A DNA stretch of 63,534 nt, filler included, from Porpidia crustulata (taxonomy: Eukaryota), in NCBI GenBank assembly GCA_964255105.1. It is 7 parts of 7 records of this genome, joined end to end, with 100 filler letters (N's around TTAATTAATTAA, not from the genome) between each part and the next. Parts side by side here need not be neighbours in the genome. Positions count along the whole stretch, not along the records: positions 1 to 9,001 come from CAXUWE010001014.1; positions 9,102 to 18,098 come from CAXUWE010001015.1; 5 more parts are not named here. One strand, 5' to 3'. Below are positions 1 to 12,519 of the stretch, piece by piece (position 1 is the first letter of the stretch; every line of letters starts with the position of its first letter). The position numbers were made by a program, and so were the translations under genes. A model generated the notes under the pieces. That model was not told the origin of the DNA and searched no databases. It saw only the letters and a program-made list of their open reading frames with translations.

Positions 1-239
1 GAGGAGTAGTAAGGGTAGTTTAGAGATAATCATGATTTTTCGCTCAGATGCATTACATCGAGCGCAGAATCAGTCCTCGAGCTCCAAGTCTTGGATGAGT
101 TGCTTGAAATCTCACATGGAAGATCTCATCGATTGCTACGCATGCCGCCAACATGGAAATTAAGCGGGAATCGGAAGTAAGTAGGAAATGAGGTGTGCAA
201 ACTTAGCCGCCAGTGATAACATACGCGATCGAGTCCATT

Positions 240-1130
240 TCATGCCGATATTGCGTCTTTGATCCACAGCTCTGACGTAAAACAGCTGGCCAACTCGTTG
301 TACATATTTCGGTCAGCGCCGTCGTCAATACCCAACGGGTCTTGCTCCCTGCGAGCTTCCTCTCCTTGCTTTCGCAGCAAGTCCAATTTCATCCTCCTTT
401 CGACCCTGCGGTTAGCCTCCTCCTAAGCCTTCGTGCATGCCACGATCTCTTCTTTTCTCTCCAACCTTCGCGCTACAGTAGGATCCCTTTGCTTCCGTAA
501 CTTCAACCCCCCGAAAACATCAACCGTTTCCGGTAAAGATTTCTTCTTTCTCTTTGGATTTGATGCCATCATCTCATCTCTATACTGCTGCATGCGATCT
601 CTTTCGGATTCATTGAGCTCAGTGTCGTTCACCGTGATGAAAGTAACCTCGCGTAATCCTCTAAACTTGGTAAATGCCTTCGGCGAACAAACGTTTGGGA
701 AGATGTGCGGCCACTCCTGAAGAGTTTCTTTGTTGAACTGGAAGCTCAGCTTCTCTAACCTTATCAGCTTACTCAAAACGAAACGCACCCTTTCGTTTTG
801 CCGAGCCGCTAATTTTAAGGAGCAGCGGATGGATCTAATTTCACTGGCGCGCACGGAACCAATCGCTCTGAGAAAACTGCACAGCTGGTTTCGGTTATCA
901 AAGTTGAACGTATTTGACGCATAGAACACGTGGAAGGCTTCGAAGAGAACCTGGCGGCAAGTGGCTAAGATGGCCAAGCACGAGGGCCGCATTGGTTGTG
1001 GTCGTAAGTCGCTGTTGAGTGGTGTTATGAATGGGCTTGAGTCGTCGACGTTGACAGTCAGGACATAGCCATAAATGCGGTCACGAATCTCGTTTGGAAG
1101 GGACAGAAAGGGTCTGTCTGCGGATGCCAT
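240..1130 (-). CDS. F-box-like/DUF7730-type fungal hypothetical protein; ORF 423..1130 ends in TAG but the same frame stays open for 60 more codons to TGA at 240..242
   Basis: N-terminal PFLSLPNEIRDRIYGYVL and LAILATCRQVLFEAFHVFYASNTFNF motifs are typical of fungal DUF7730/F-box-like proteins. After TAG the frame reads EEANRRVERRMKLDLLRKQGEEARREQ..., continuing the charged helical composition. Confidence 0.65.
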
Positions 1131-2969
1131 TACTGGCTTTGAACGTAAACAACACGGCTGTGATTGAGGTATAGCACACGATAATGAGTCTGTTGATAGG
1201 TTGTGAAGTCTGTAGGAGAATCTAGAACAATGTAGGTAAGGAACAACAAAGTCTCCTTTCTAGCCTCGAGTCACAGCGTATTGAGATAAGAAGATGTGTA
1301 CAAGTAGGCCACGAGACTCGCAATATATTTAGCCAAAAGCACTCTCGCACACAGAGACTACAGAATTCGAATAGAAGGGACGGACGAGAGCTATAAAGCC
1401 TTAAAAATGGCCATATTTGGCTGTAAGGTGACTCAACCGTCGAGTCACACGGGAGCGCCTGGGTTTGGCTGCTCAGCCCGCTCAAACGTCGATTACGCAA
1501 CTGGTTCTTAACCACTTCGCGTTGTCGATATGCAACAGATTTCGGACTGAATGGTGATCATGTTAACGATGTTATTGATTAAGCCTTGCCCTAAAACGAG
1601 GAACGAGTTGAAGGATAACGATTTCGCAATGGGAATCCGGGAGCGTATTTTCCTAACACTGCAATAAACTTAGACTTTTTGTTCGATACAAAACATATAA
1701 CGCTGGACAACATAAACAAATTAGATTACTTTGACATAATGAGCTGTGCATGATTATGATGATCAAGTTTGACTGTTGTCGAACGTTTTGCAAGGAAAGC
1801 GCCAGATCCGGAGATAACTCCGGTACTGTTGATCTTACGGACAGGACACCGTCGGGGTTCTGCTCAGCCACTCTCTTGTGTCGCGTCACTCAGCTGTCTC
1901 TCCAGCAACAGCTTCAATCACTGTACAATTCGAACAGTCTACCCGTCATCTTAAATCTCAGCTAATGTCAGTCCGTAGCATCTTTCGTCATCTTTTCTCA
2001 CGCGGAATAGATAGAATACATACTCCTCTTTACTTAGCCCCGGCGAGAAACCCCCGTAAGTGAGTCTCGGCTCTCGGCAGAGGATAGTAAGAGAGTAAGT
2101 CCAAAGTCAAAAGACAACCCTGGGCAGATCAGCACACTACAGCTGACAAGGACCCTGTTTGGTCGACCACTTGATAATGATGAGGGGTAGCAAAATCCCG
2201 GAAACCGGATTCGGACTCGGGGTGTGTCCTGTCCCTTTCATTTACCGTACCACTGTTGGTTCAGATGATCTGTCGAATATCCACTGTCGACATCATGGAG
2301 CGATCAAGCGTTTGCGATCATTGGACGCAGGTAATCAATGCAAGTCGAGGTTGAGCAATCGTAGAGATACAGACGACATTGATATGATGTGAACCTCGGG
2401 TATGTACAACCTATCCAGGGTATCAGTTGTTAGTACGTGGCGTTTGGCTATACACAATTTGATATCGTTTATGGCCAGTATATCTACCTTAGAATCTTGC
2501 ATGTTCTCTCTCTGAATCAATAAAGGCTTGAATAAATGAGCCGAAAGTTAGATAGATAGATGGGCGATTTGAAGCAATTAGTTAAATGCTTGAGCAGGTG
2601 CTTGAGCATGTAGTTGAGTAATTGATCAAAATTTGCTGACTTAGGGGCAGAATATTCTGACATTGAGAATCAGACGCTAGCAGGGAGGCTAGCCGAGCGT
2701 ACTAACAACTGATACCCTGGATAGGTTGTAGCTATATACGATATTGACCAGCTGACAACAACACCTTGTCCGTCCCTATACCGTCTCATGTTTCTGTGGT
2801 ACTAGACGAAACACATCATTAAGACTCCAGCTGAAACCTCAAACGAACTCACTCTCACAACAAACCGATGGTAACATCTAGATGCAGTGTCAGTGGAGAA
2901 TGAGGGGGGGCAATGGGAATGCCACTGACCGCCCTTGATTCTTGCGTAGATCTCGACCTATTGAAAGAT

Positions 2970-3518
2970 CTACATCAGACCAATTGTAACATCTGTCAAA
3001 GTAATCATTAGCATCCAGCAGAATAGGAAGGGGGACTAATAGTGCACTTACCACCCTTAATTCTAGCATAGATTTCTACCTCAACTTCGAGCTTGGTTGG
3101 CTGTCAGTCTTAATCCAAATCTGCGGGTCCATGACGCTTACATCCAACTCAATCTTGATCTTCAAGCTGCTGTCTTTCTCGCCAACCTTTGGTGGTCTGT
3201 CCTTGATACGGGACTGGTGGACTGGCACAATGCGGCGGCCATTGACCTCCTGAGGTGGCATTTCAGGCATCGGGGCAGCTACATCTTGCTGCGGTTGCTG
3301 TTGTTGTTGACCGCCTTGGCGCTGGAGCTGTTGCTGGTTCTTGCGATTGCCCTGGGGAGCTTCTTCTTCGTTCTGTACAGACTCGTTCTCTTCAGAGCCT
3401 TGGTCTTGCTCATCCTGATCCTCCCTCTCGGCTCTAAGCAGGATACGTCAGCACCCTGGGTAACGTTTGCATTAGCGGGTACATGAGAAAGCCGAGAGAC
3501 GAACTGTTTGGTAGCCAT
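2970..3518 (-). CDS. Small (122 aa) Q/E-rich protein with C-terminal LKIKIELDLEVEVEIYARIKGDVTIGLM motif; 4 exons
   Basis: Manual splicing: exons 3505-3518, 3142-3433, 3052-3091, 2970-2992. Introns are GT..AG with CTGAC/CTAAT branch sites; total 369 nt with an open frame. The C-terminal motif is recognisable from uncharacterised Pezizomycotina proteins. Confidence 0.85.
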
Positions 3519-4218
3519 CTTGGAAGTCAAGTCAGATTTGGTCTCTGAGTCAGATATAGATGTGAGGGATTCACGATCAGATTCAAAGGATGACCCAGAT
3601 ACGGAATCCGAATCAGATGAATCAGTCGCGGAGACTTGCGATGGCTTCCTCGCAATGTTTGCGATGAAGCGGGTCTGTGAGTGAGGAGGGGGAGCGAGCG
3701 CATTGTGGCAGAAAGCCCGCACTTTATAGTCTCTGCTGATAACCAAGACCAAGTAGTGCGGAACTTCCAAGGTCTCTGTAATTTCAAGGGGATTGGTCCT
3801 GATCGACGCAATGTTGCGTCCAGACGGCTACCCCTAAACCCGAAAAGGTGACGCCGGTCAAGTTTTGGCGACGAATGCTAACGGCTTGCATCTGTCGAAT
3901 AGGAGGCGTCCAGTTGCGATACGCAAAGGCTTACGCTTGCGTTAGGCCCTTGTACCTATAGCGCAAAATTAGGGTATGAGCGACTTCGGCCGAAACCCGA
4001 CCAGTAAAAGGCCCTGGGCAATTTCGCAATGACGTTGCTTCGTGAAGAACCAAATAATGCAACATCAGCCTAAGGTGCTGTTCCGTACCTCCCACACAAT
4101 GCAAAGTCATCACGGCTCTATTGACGGCCGTAATCAGAAGTTCATTCATCGTCAACCGCAAATCTCGAATTAATCGTCTTGAAGCTCCAAGGCTTCAACG
4201 TAGAAAACGACGGTAACC

Positions 4219-4989
4219 ATGGTTCTCGGCATCATTACCTCTATAGCGGCATGCCCAGCCATCATTGGAACGACAGAGGCAGTGCGTCATGGGCAAAAGT
4301 CGAATGCCAGAGAAAGCCATCGAGGTAGAAAATCCAATCTCGTCGCCCATTGTTCGGCTGCTTCTTGTGCCTCCAAAGGGAGCGACGAAGTCAACGGAGG
4401 GATCATCGTGCTTGGTGGAAATAAGGTAAATTGCAAGGCGCAAACGTCGAAGTGTGGTGTTGTATGCTGATGTCGCGTGCTTGCTAGCTCTACGTACGTA
4501 CGCCTGGACCTGAAGGGCCTGATGAGCGCGCCACTCATCCTTTTGAAGGTTACTTTCTTCCGTTTCCCAACATGGATTGGGGACGCAGAGGCGAAGGCCT
4601 TGTCTCTACCATCAACGCAGAGCGCCAACTAAATTGGATATACGTGGATGAAGAGACGTGTGAAGTGAAATATGGTAACAGAGTGCAATCTGAAGAGGTA
4701 ACGTGGATCCAATCCTGACATGGTTATAGTATGACGCTAACACCGTTTTCCCTGACAGCATCTTACAGGACCCTGGGATTGCACTAAGATAGAGAGAAGA
4801 ATGACATTGGAAGGTTGGGAAGGGTTCATGGTCGTCAAGGAAGCGCCCAGAGTATGGGCACTATACTTCGACATCAACGACGATGGGTTGAGAGACAAAG
4901 TGTCAAAGAAAAGAATCTTGGAGGTTGAGCTAACGCGCAAAGAGCGGCGGTGGAGAAGAGACGATGTAGAGGAAGGACGAGTAACTTGA
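4219..4989 (+). CDS. Conserved fungal hypothetical protein (MVLGIITSIAACPAIIGTTEAVRHGQ... family); 3 exons
   Basis: Exons 4219-4425, 4488-4697, 4759-4989 with canonical introns. The spliced product contains HPFEGYFLPFP, GLVSTI, LNWIYVD, VKYG, GPWD, LEGWEGF and WALYFD motifs. Confidence 0.85.
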
Positions 4990-6511
4990 GATAGCGTATG
5001 GTGCGGATACTTCAAGTGACTCGAATGTTGGTCGCAGCGGGATACGCTACGCAGCTGAGGAGCGAAAGATGGACCGAATGAGAGGTAATTGCAGCATACC
5101 CATGGGGAGTCAGACAAAGGAACACTAGGCAAAAGAGGCATTTGAACTCACGCGTTTCGAGCTGAGCTTTCTGGTAACGAAAATCAGAAAGATAAAACGT
5201 ACCATAAGTAAAATATCGAAGGGGAAAAAGCGTTGTGGGAATTATCCGAAGATGGCAGCCCGTACTTCACATTTTAGATGGCGCAGAAACGGAGGGAGCC
5301 ATTGATCAGAATGATAGATATGGATGATATGAGTAAGATGTATGAATTGGCAGAGGAAAAGCGGCGCCAAAGTGATCGACTTGATTTGCCACTCGAAAAT
5401 TGATGTAATTATCTAGATCAGGCAAGATATGTAGCTAGCCGATCGGTCGTGGCTTCTCATTAGAACTTGCATTGATACCATCTTTCCCGTCTTGTGTACT
5501 TTTAAGCTTGCCTCATCAAGATTATACAAAACTCCCATTCTTCACGAAGTATTCTATCAATCTACCATCCCACGCCATTCTCACTACTATTGCTCTTCAA
5601 AGCCGGTCAGTTAAGTATTGTTCGGTAGCCGCTTGTCCACGTTTCCGACTAGTCAGGTACGTTGACATGAATTGTGTAACACGATCTGGTAGCTTAGATA
5701 TCTGCCCACTATCTGATAGTGGATTTATTTCACAGAGACTGCACGGATTTTCCAATTCTCCTCGTGAGCATCACATCAAACCCGGAAACTTCGGAAACTT
5801 CGGCAACTTCTTTGAAATTCTGCTGTCTTTCGAAATGCCAGAAGCCTTTCCCAAGTCATAGCGAAGGAGACACGGTTGAACCAATTTTCGAGAAGTCAAG
5901 GCATTCTACTGGATCGATTGATGGAGGGCTGTTCGAAGTTGTAGTCTGAACATTGATGGTAGATTGTTACCACATTACATGGTTTCTAGTTTTTTAGGGA
6001 CGGTCATCTTCACATCACGCCTACTCCCCTACCGGATTCATTCAAGATTCATGTCCTCCCACCCCCACAATTGTTTCAGCATTTATGTTGATGGAGTGAA
6101 TTATCCATCAATGACTAAGGGTGTTACAGATGCATATTCGCCCGGACTGATTGAGTAGCCAAAGTTGGATTTCCTGTAAGCTCGCCTCCCGTAAAAGATA
6201 CCCTCTAGCAGCGAAGTTGGATATGTTGGACACGACGAAGACCGCTGAAGTGGCTTCACGTTAAAGTATCCACACCACATGGCGTGTTGAAGGATCTACT
6301 AGGCTGTAGTTAGGGTGGTGGGCTAGAGCCTAAAGACACTTGCAGAGCGTCCCGCCGGCTGAACGTAGGGTGGTAGGATAGGGATAGATACCAGTTTACT
6401 ATCACAAAGCCGTCTTTAGCCTGTTGCACAAATCATTCGCATTCTTCTTCCATCATGCTGACCGCTGGTCTTCTGTAACTACCTACTTTTGCTCTACTCC
6501 TTGCTGCATAT

Positions 6512-8434
6512 ATGCTGAATTCTGATGTACAAATGTTTACACAACCAGCCACATCCCCACCAACTCTGGCAACCAGTGATGACCCCGCTTCGCCCGGTGC
6601 ACCCTCACGACCAAGCAGGCTTCGAGGCTTGAGTTACTTGCGGCAATACACTCATAGTCATCTATCCTCGGATTCATTCCATCGCCCAACTTCCCCCTCC
6701 AACTCGTCCACCTCACGCAATAATCATCTCGTCAGATCAACCAGCTATCCAGGACGAACATCTGCCATCAGCGAGCAGTCGGACCCCCAGCGAACGTCGA
6801 TATCAAGCTCTGCCAATCATCCGCTGCATAACGAAGTCGGTGCGAGTCACCTGTCGAGGGACATACCTGAAACGCCAACCCCGTCTGCGGAGCCTGTCAC
6901 GGGCCAGTCGTCCGTCAACACAGCGTTGGGGGGGATTGCCCGAATGATGGGTCGGCGGCGATCTGGAAGTACACCGCAAGGCCCTGCGCTACACCCTCGA
7001 AGTGATTTGGACGCGAATACCTCCAACTTAACAGGACATCCTCCAGATCAAATGCCTACCATCAAACTCATACCTCACCAGGACCCGCGCTCGACTCGAC
7101 CATCTCTGATATTCCCACAAACTTCGAGAACTCTCCCCCACGAAGACTGTGTGATACGGGTTGGTCGATATTCAGAGCGCGATGCCAATCCCAATCCGCC
7201 ACCGAACGTGCCGTCCTCTGCCCCACTTGGCTTCAAGTCAAAAGTGGTCAGCCGACGACATTGCGAGTTCTGGTGCTCTAACGGGCAATGGTACATTAAG
7301 GATGTCAAGAGCTCCTCAGGAACTTTCCTAAATCATATTCGGCTGAGCCAGCCCAGCATTGAATCCCGGCCGTTCCCCGTCAACGATGGCGATGTGATAC
7401 AGCTGGGCATTGATTTCCGAGGAGGAGAGGAGATGATATTCAGATGTGTCAAGATACGAGTCGAGTGTAATAGGGGGTGGCAGAAAACCCTTAACACTTT
7501 CAAGTAGGTTCACCTGGGAAAATCCTAGCACAACCATTATGCTAATGAGGGCGTAGCGTGACAACCCACAAGCGACTGCGAGATCTTGCGAAGACGGCGC
7601 CGAAGAAGGATGGAGATAGCGCATCTACGCACTCTTCTGAATGTTCGATATGTCTCATGTCAATAGCAGTCAGTTCTAAGATCTAATGCAATTGACGAAA
7701 GCGACCGCTAATCCTTGCAGCCATGTCAATCGCTTTTCGTCGCTCCATGTTCTCATGTTTGGCACTATAAATGCATTCGCCCAATTTTAAATAATCACAA
7801 GAGCTGGCCGCAGTTCCTTTGCCCCAATTGCCGCGCAGTTGCCGATTTGGAAGCTGACGTGGATAATCCGGACGCTTTCGATGAGGAATGGGAAGACGAG
7901 CCAAATGGAAATGGCTCGAATCCTGAGGTCAACGAAGCCTCGGGCACGAGGGACCTTGGCACAGACCGCCCGCGACTCCCGACCCATGACGAAGACGACG
8001 ATGCAATAGAAGGCATGTCTGCCAGACTCACGACTGTGAGAATCGAGGCCGATCCAGCAGCCGCTCTCTCGCACGAGGAACCACGGCAAACAATCCTCAG
8101 CCGCCGCAACGCTCGTCGCGTCTCCCCTCCGTACGCACAATCAATACCTGAGTGGGTAGAGGACCCTTCAACCCCAAGTCCCGATTTCCAGAATTATCTC
8201 AGACCAATAACACCAAGCCAGCCGCTAATCTCAGACCGTACTTCAAGCGCCTCCGAGGAGTTTCCTTTAGACCTTTCCACATCCACCCCGCAGGGTATGC
8301 TGGTGTCCATCAACGATGGACCGATGACACCAACGAACAACGCGGGGCCTTTTGTATTTGACGGTAGTGCGGGGCGGGCGGGCGGCAGAAGGGCGGCGGC
8401 GAATATGTCTCAAGAAACCGAGAGTGCTGCGTGA
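6512..8434 (+). CDS. dma1: FHA + RING-H2 E3 ubiquitin ligase (Dma1/Chf family); 3 exons
   Basis: FHA motifs GRYSE, FKSKVVSRRHC, DVKSSSGTFLN, GDVIQLGIDFRGG. RING CSICLMSIAPCQSLFVAPCSHVWHYKC...CPNC appears after removing introns 7504-7556 and 7669-7720. Confidence 0.92.
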
Positions 8435-9001
8435 AATTTTCAAGCCCATCGTTGAGATTATCGACGTACGGTCCGGTTTCGACTTTGACGGTTTGTAGTT
8501 TAGTCGTCCGGAGTACCGGTAGCTGACCTTGTGCTTTAATCGGCTTTGGTGTCTTCCCATTGGAATTTTGAAGCGGCATGGAAGGATTGCTCCGATAGCA
8601 TTTTCAGGCTGGTGTCTTCCGTTCCCGAAAGTGCGATTTGTCTGGACATGGCGGTTGTACCTTAGATATCAAGCGTGGGCTTGGAGCTCACCCCGACGTC
8701 TCATTTTTGGCTCCAATGCTGTTTGTGAACTCTCCCGTGGATTTGGCACCGTGTAATGTGCCGTGACAAGTCCATCTTCTCTCCTGAGAAAATCCGCCAT
8801 TGCAAGGCCTGTCATATCCAGACGAGAATGCATATGAAATCCTTCACTAACCCAAATCCCCCACCCCTCACAGCTTCCTCATGACCTCCCGCACCGCATC
8901 CGCCGCCAACCTCTTCCGCTGCGCTTCCGACATGTCCGCGCCCATGTCTGTCAAACCCATCCGTCAGCCCTGCACTTTCCCCCCTTTCCGCTCTTCCAAC
9001 C

Positions 9002-9101
9002 NNNNNNNNNNNNNNNNNNNNNNNNNNNNNNNNNNNNNNNNNNNNTTAATTAATTAANNNNNNNNNNNNNNNNNNNNNNNNNNNNNNNNNNNNNNNNNNN
9101 N
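9002..9101. other. Artificial contig spacer N44-TTAATTAATTAA-N44
   Basis: Identical 100-bp linker repeated six times; the palindromic core gives stops in all six frames. Confidence 0.97.
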
Positions 9102-9584
9102 GGGTAGGATGGGAAAGGAAATAGGGATCGAGATGCAGATTTAGAGATGGAGGAAGGGGAAGGCGGTGAGAGATTTTCACTAAAAGCGATGATAAATCGG
9201 GGACGATAGTTCCGTCTTTCACAAACGCCCTAGTCAATGCTTGTAAAGGCGGCCAAAAATCTTCATGGTGCGAGTAACGCTGGATACGTAGCGGATATCC
9301 TAATTCCCACCCCTACCTAGCCTTTTCCCCCGAGTGACCTGTGGAAACAGGACGAGAGCAAACCCAACGCCGGGGATATCATGCATGGCTCAGGAAAAAA
9401 ACGTTTACAATCCACAAAGACGACGCCGACCCAATGCACTCGTATCATCATGCACATCAATACAGCTTCAATGCTTCTTCTTGCTCAACGCTGTTCCAGC
9501 ATGCTTGGTCTCTTTTAAATCGTTAAATGTCTAGTCGACGAGGGGTCACAAGTGTGACTTGAAATAGATGGCGGAGTGGTGATG

Positions 9585-12202
9585 CTACCACCTTGACGAG
9601 CTAAGTCCGTTGGTGCTCCTTTCCTGTTTCGGCCGCTTGACTGGCGGCGCTTCGGCTGGCTCACTGGAGACGTCTGATTCCGCAGAGTTGTCGGAATCTT
9701 TACCGAATTCGTCGTCGCCTGAGGCTTCATCCGAATCCTCACCAGTTGAGGAAGCTTCGTCGTCGAGAAGGTCTTCCTCGCTTTCGCCGGAGTCAGCTTC
9801 GGAATCGTCGATAATGCCGTTCATCGTAACGGGCATCTCATCTTCACCGTCATCTTCATCTTCACTTTCGCTTTGGTCCATGCTCTCGTTGACTTCTGGC
9901 TCCGTAAGCCTACCGTTTGATTTGACGGAGTTTGAGGGTTTCAAATCATCTTCGTCATCAGTGTCAGATTCTTCCTGGCCTTCGACGTAGATTATTCCCT
10001 CTTGGTCGTCTTCAGTAGCATTAGTCATCCTCGACCTGGCTTGCATGCTCTTCCTTAGGTTTGTCTGGGCCTCTAGCATATCCAACTTTCCCTTGAGCTT
10101 CAGCAAAGCTTGTAGACTGTTTGCCCGATCATCCACAACCCGGCGTAGTTCAGCCAGCTTTTTCATGACCTCGGGTTGCCCAGCAATATACCCTCCATGA
10201 GCTACGGCGGTCCATTGTATCCAAACCATCATTCCACCGGCTCGTCCAGGTCGACTGTGCAGTCGCTCCGCTAGCTTCTGAATCAGCGGGGCGGCAAGCG
10301 ATGAATCGAGCCGTTCAATGGTAGCGCGCACGATGTTGAGATTTCTTTCATGGAAGCATGTTTCGAGAAGGTTTACGTCGTTTGTGCGGAGCGATTGTGT
10401 CAAGACGGTGCTCAAAGTCATCCCAGATGGAAGGCTCAACTGTCCGCCACCGACTGGCGCAAGTGCTCGAGCATTGGGATCCTCAAATTTAGCTTGGACA
10501 TCGACGGGTTCCGGAGCGTTGGCCCGCATGATGTCCCCGAAAGAAGGCTCTTCAGGCTCTTCAGGCTCTTCTATACGTTGTAATTGTTGCCCCGCTCCTG
10601 TCGTTTCATCGTCATCATCCACGGATTTGGCATCCTCCATTTCCACATCCACATCTTTTGGCTTCTCCTCTGATGGGATAGGCTCCGGTAACATTTCGTT
10701 GTCGGAGTCGCTCTCTTCCACACCACTTGATATATCAATGATTTCTCTAGCACCAGAAGTCGTAGCCAGCTCATCGGTTTCACCACCGTTTGCAATTACG
10801 GCCTGTGATTCATCAGCGTAGCTTTTGCCCAAGTCTTTCACTCCATTCATCACAACAGCCCCAAGACCAGTACCGCTTTTAGCTTTGAAGATATCTCTCA
10901 ATCCTGCAAAGAGGAGCGCTCCGTTCTTCTGGTTTCGCCATTTTAAACGATCAAAGATTGGATTGACGCCCCCTTCAACCCAAGCAAAGACAATATCATC
11001 ATTGTCAAACACAGCATCTATTAACGGGACGATCGATGCCGAAGTCTCTGGCCTTAAAACTCTTATCTGCGCCTCTGCCTTCCGTGTCATTTGCTTCCTA
11101 CGAGACTTGAGACTTTCCGGATCCTTTGAATTTGTGGATTTTCCAAAAGAGAACGGCGCGGGGAAAAATTCAAGAATTCCGTCTTTGTTCACCACTGCAA
11201 GCACTTCTTGTGGATGTAGGATATGATCTGATGTATTGCCGTTCTCAATGACACCGGCAGCTTGCCTACCCTCCAAGTACAGTGTTGTCGATAGAACCTC
11301 GTTCTCGGTGCGGAGAGAGCCGATGGATTGATCGGAGCCAGAGCTGAACACACTCATGGAGTGGTCGTACTCTGCTGCTGTCAAGAAGGAAAAAGTCTCT
11401 CGATCTCTCGAGCTTGCAACAATACTTCGGACGGGATTGGTAAATGCGGCGAAAGAGAGCGGAGTTTTGGTAGAATCCGGATCTATTATGTAGGCTGTGT
11501 GTGAAGCACAGATCAGGGATGATCCAATAGGGTATAACGTGTTTGTAGACTTGGGTAACACAAGGCTCCTGGTAAATGATCAGCCTTGTGAGTACACATA
11601 CCGGACGTGGTTGCATAATACCTTCTGGACTTCCCCTTGTGCAAGTTCCATTGTACTGCTTTCCCATCTCCACCGATACTCCAACCATTCCCAGTTCTTC
11701 CCGAGTCCACGAACTTGAAATCCCTTATTCCTTGCGAATGTTCGTCTTCAAGTACATCTATGATTTTTCCTTCGGTTATTGAGTACATATGGATCTTGGA
11801 TTGACTTGTTCCAAAAGCAACGACGAGATTTTCGGATGGCTCGTCCGATCTCGACCCATTGACCTGTTCCGACCGTTTTCTCTTCTTCTTGGATTCTTGA
11901 TGCTGACGGTCTCGGTTGTTCTCTCCATAATAACCCCAATCCAGGCAATTGATGGTAGCTTTGGGGGCAATTGGATATTCGGGGAATCGCAGTCGCCCTG
12001 TTGCGGTATCGTGAATCCGTAGATGTTGTGAGTCAAGGCCCTGGATGACAGACGCAAATAGTGAGAGCTGGAAATGAGAGGGACAGAACAGTGAGCGTAA
12101 TATTGATGATGTGCTGGTGATTTTGGTTGTCGAGGATGCCGCCGGTGCTGTAGCTGAGGATATCTGGGAGGCTGCGCTGGAGGGCTTTTTAGAATTACCC
12201 AT
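9585..12202 (-). CDS. utp5: U3 snoRNP / SSU processome t-UTP protein Utp5 (WD40 N-terminus, Utp12-type domain, acidic tail); 2 exons
   Basis: ORFs 11513..12202 and 9585..11561 join via intron 11569-11621. Utp12-domain motif LSTVLTQSLRTNDVNLLETCF...RATIERL...RPGRAGGMMVWIQW...HGGY. Confidence 0.88.
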
Positions 12203-12314
12203 TGCGACAGGAGGTTACTGAGAATTGGTTTCAGGGCTGCATGATGAAGTGTCGGCTGAAACAGGCATATAGTCCGTCCGAAATCATCTGTATTATCGAA
12301 AGCTCTATTGAACT

Positions 12315-12482
12315 TTTTTTTTTTTTTTTTTTTTATTTTTTATTTTTTTTTTTAAGAAAAGGACAGATTGGGTTTAGCCGAGTTAAAATTTTTAAGAGAG
12401 CATTGAATAAAAAANNNNNNNNNNTTTTTTATTTTTGGTGTTAAAATTGATATTTTTCGTTCGAACTAATTTTTTTTTTTTT

Positions 12483-12518
<36 letters not shown>
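12315..12518. repeat. Poly-T tracts flanking a 10-N scaffold gap (12415-12424), with error-laden duplicate sequence
   Basis: Long T runs; 12361-12410 is a degraded copy of ~12547-12600. Confidence 0.8.

Positions 12519-12519
<1 letters not shown>

Noticed and set aside
3279..3770. 163-aa ORF as a separate gene
   Set aside because: It overlaps the better-supported spliced 122-aa gene, mostly in a different frame.
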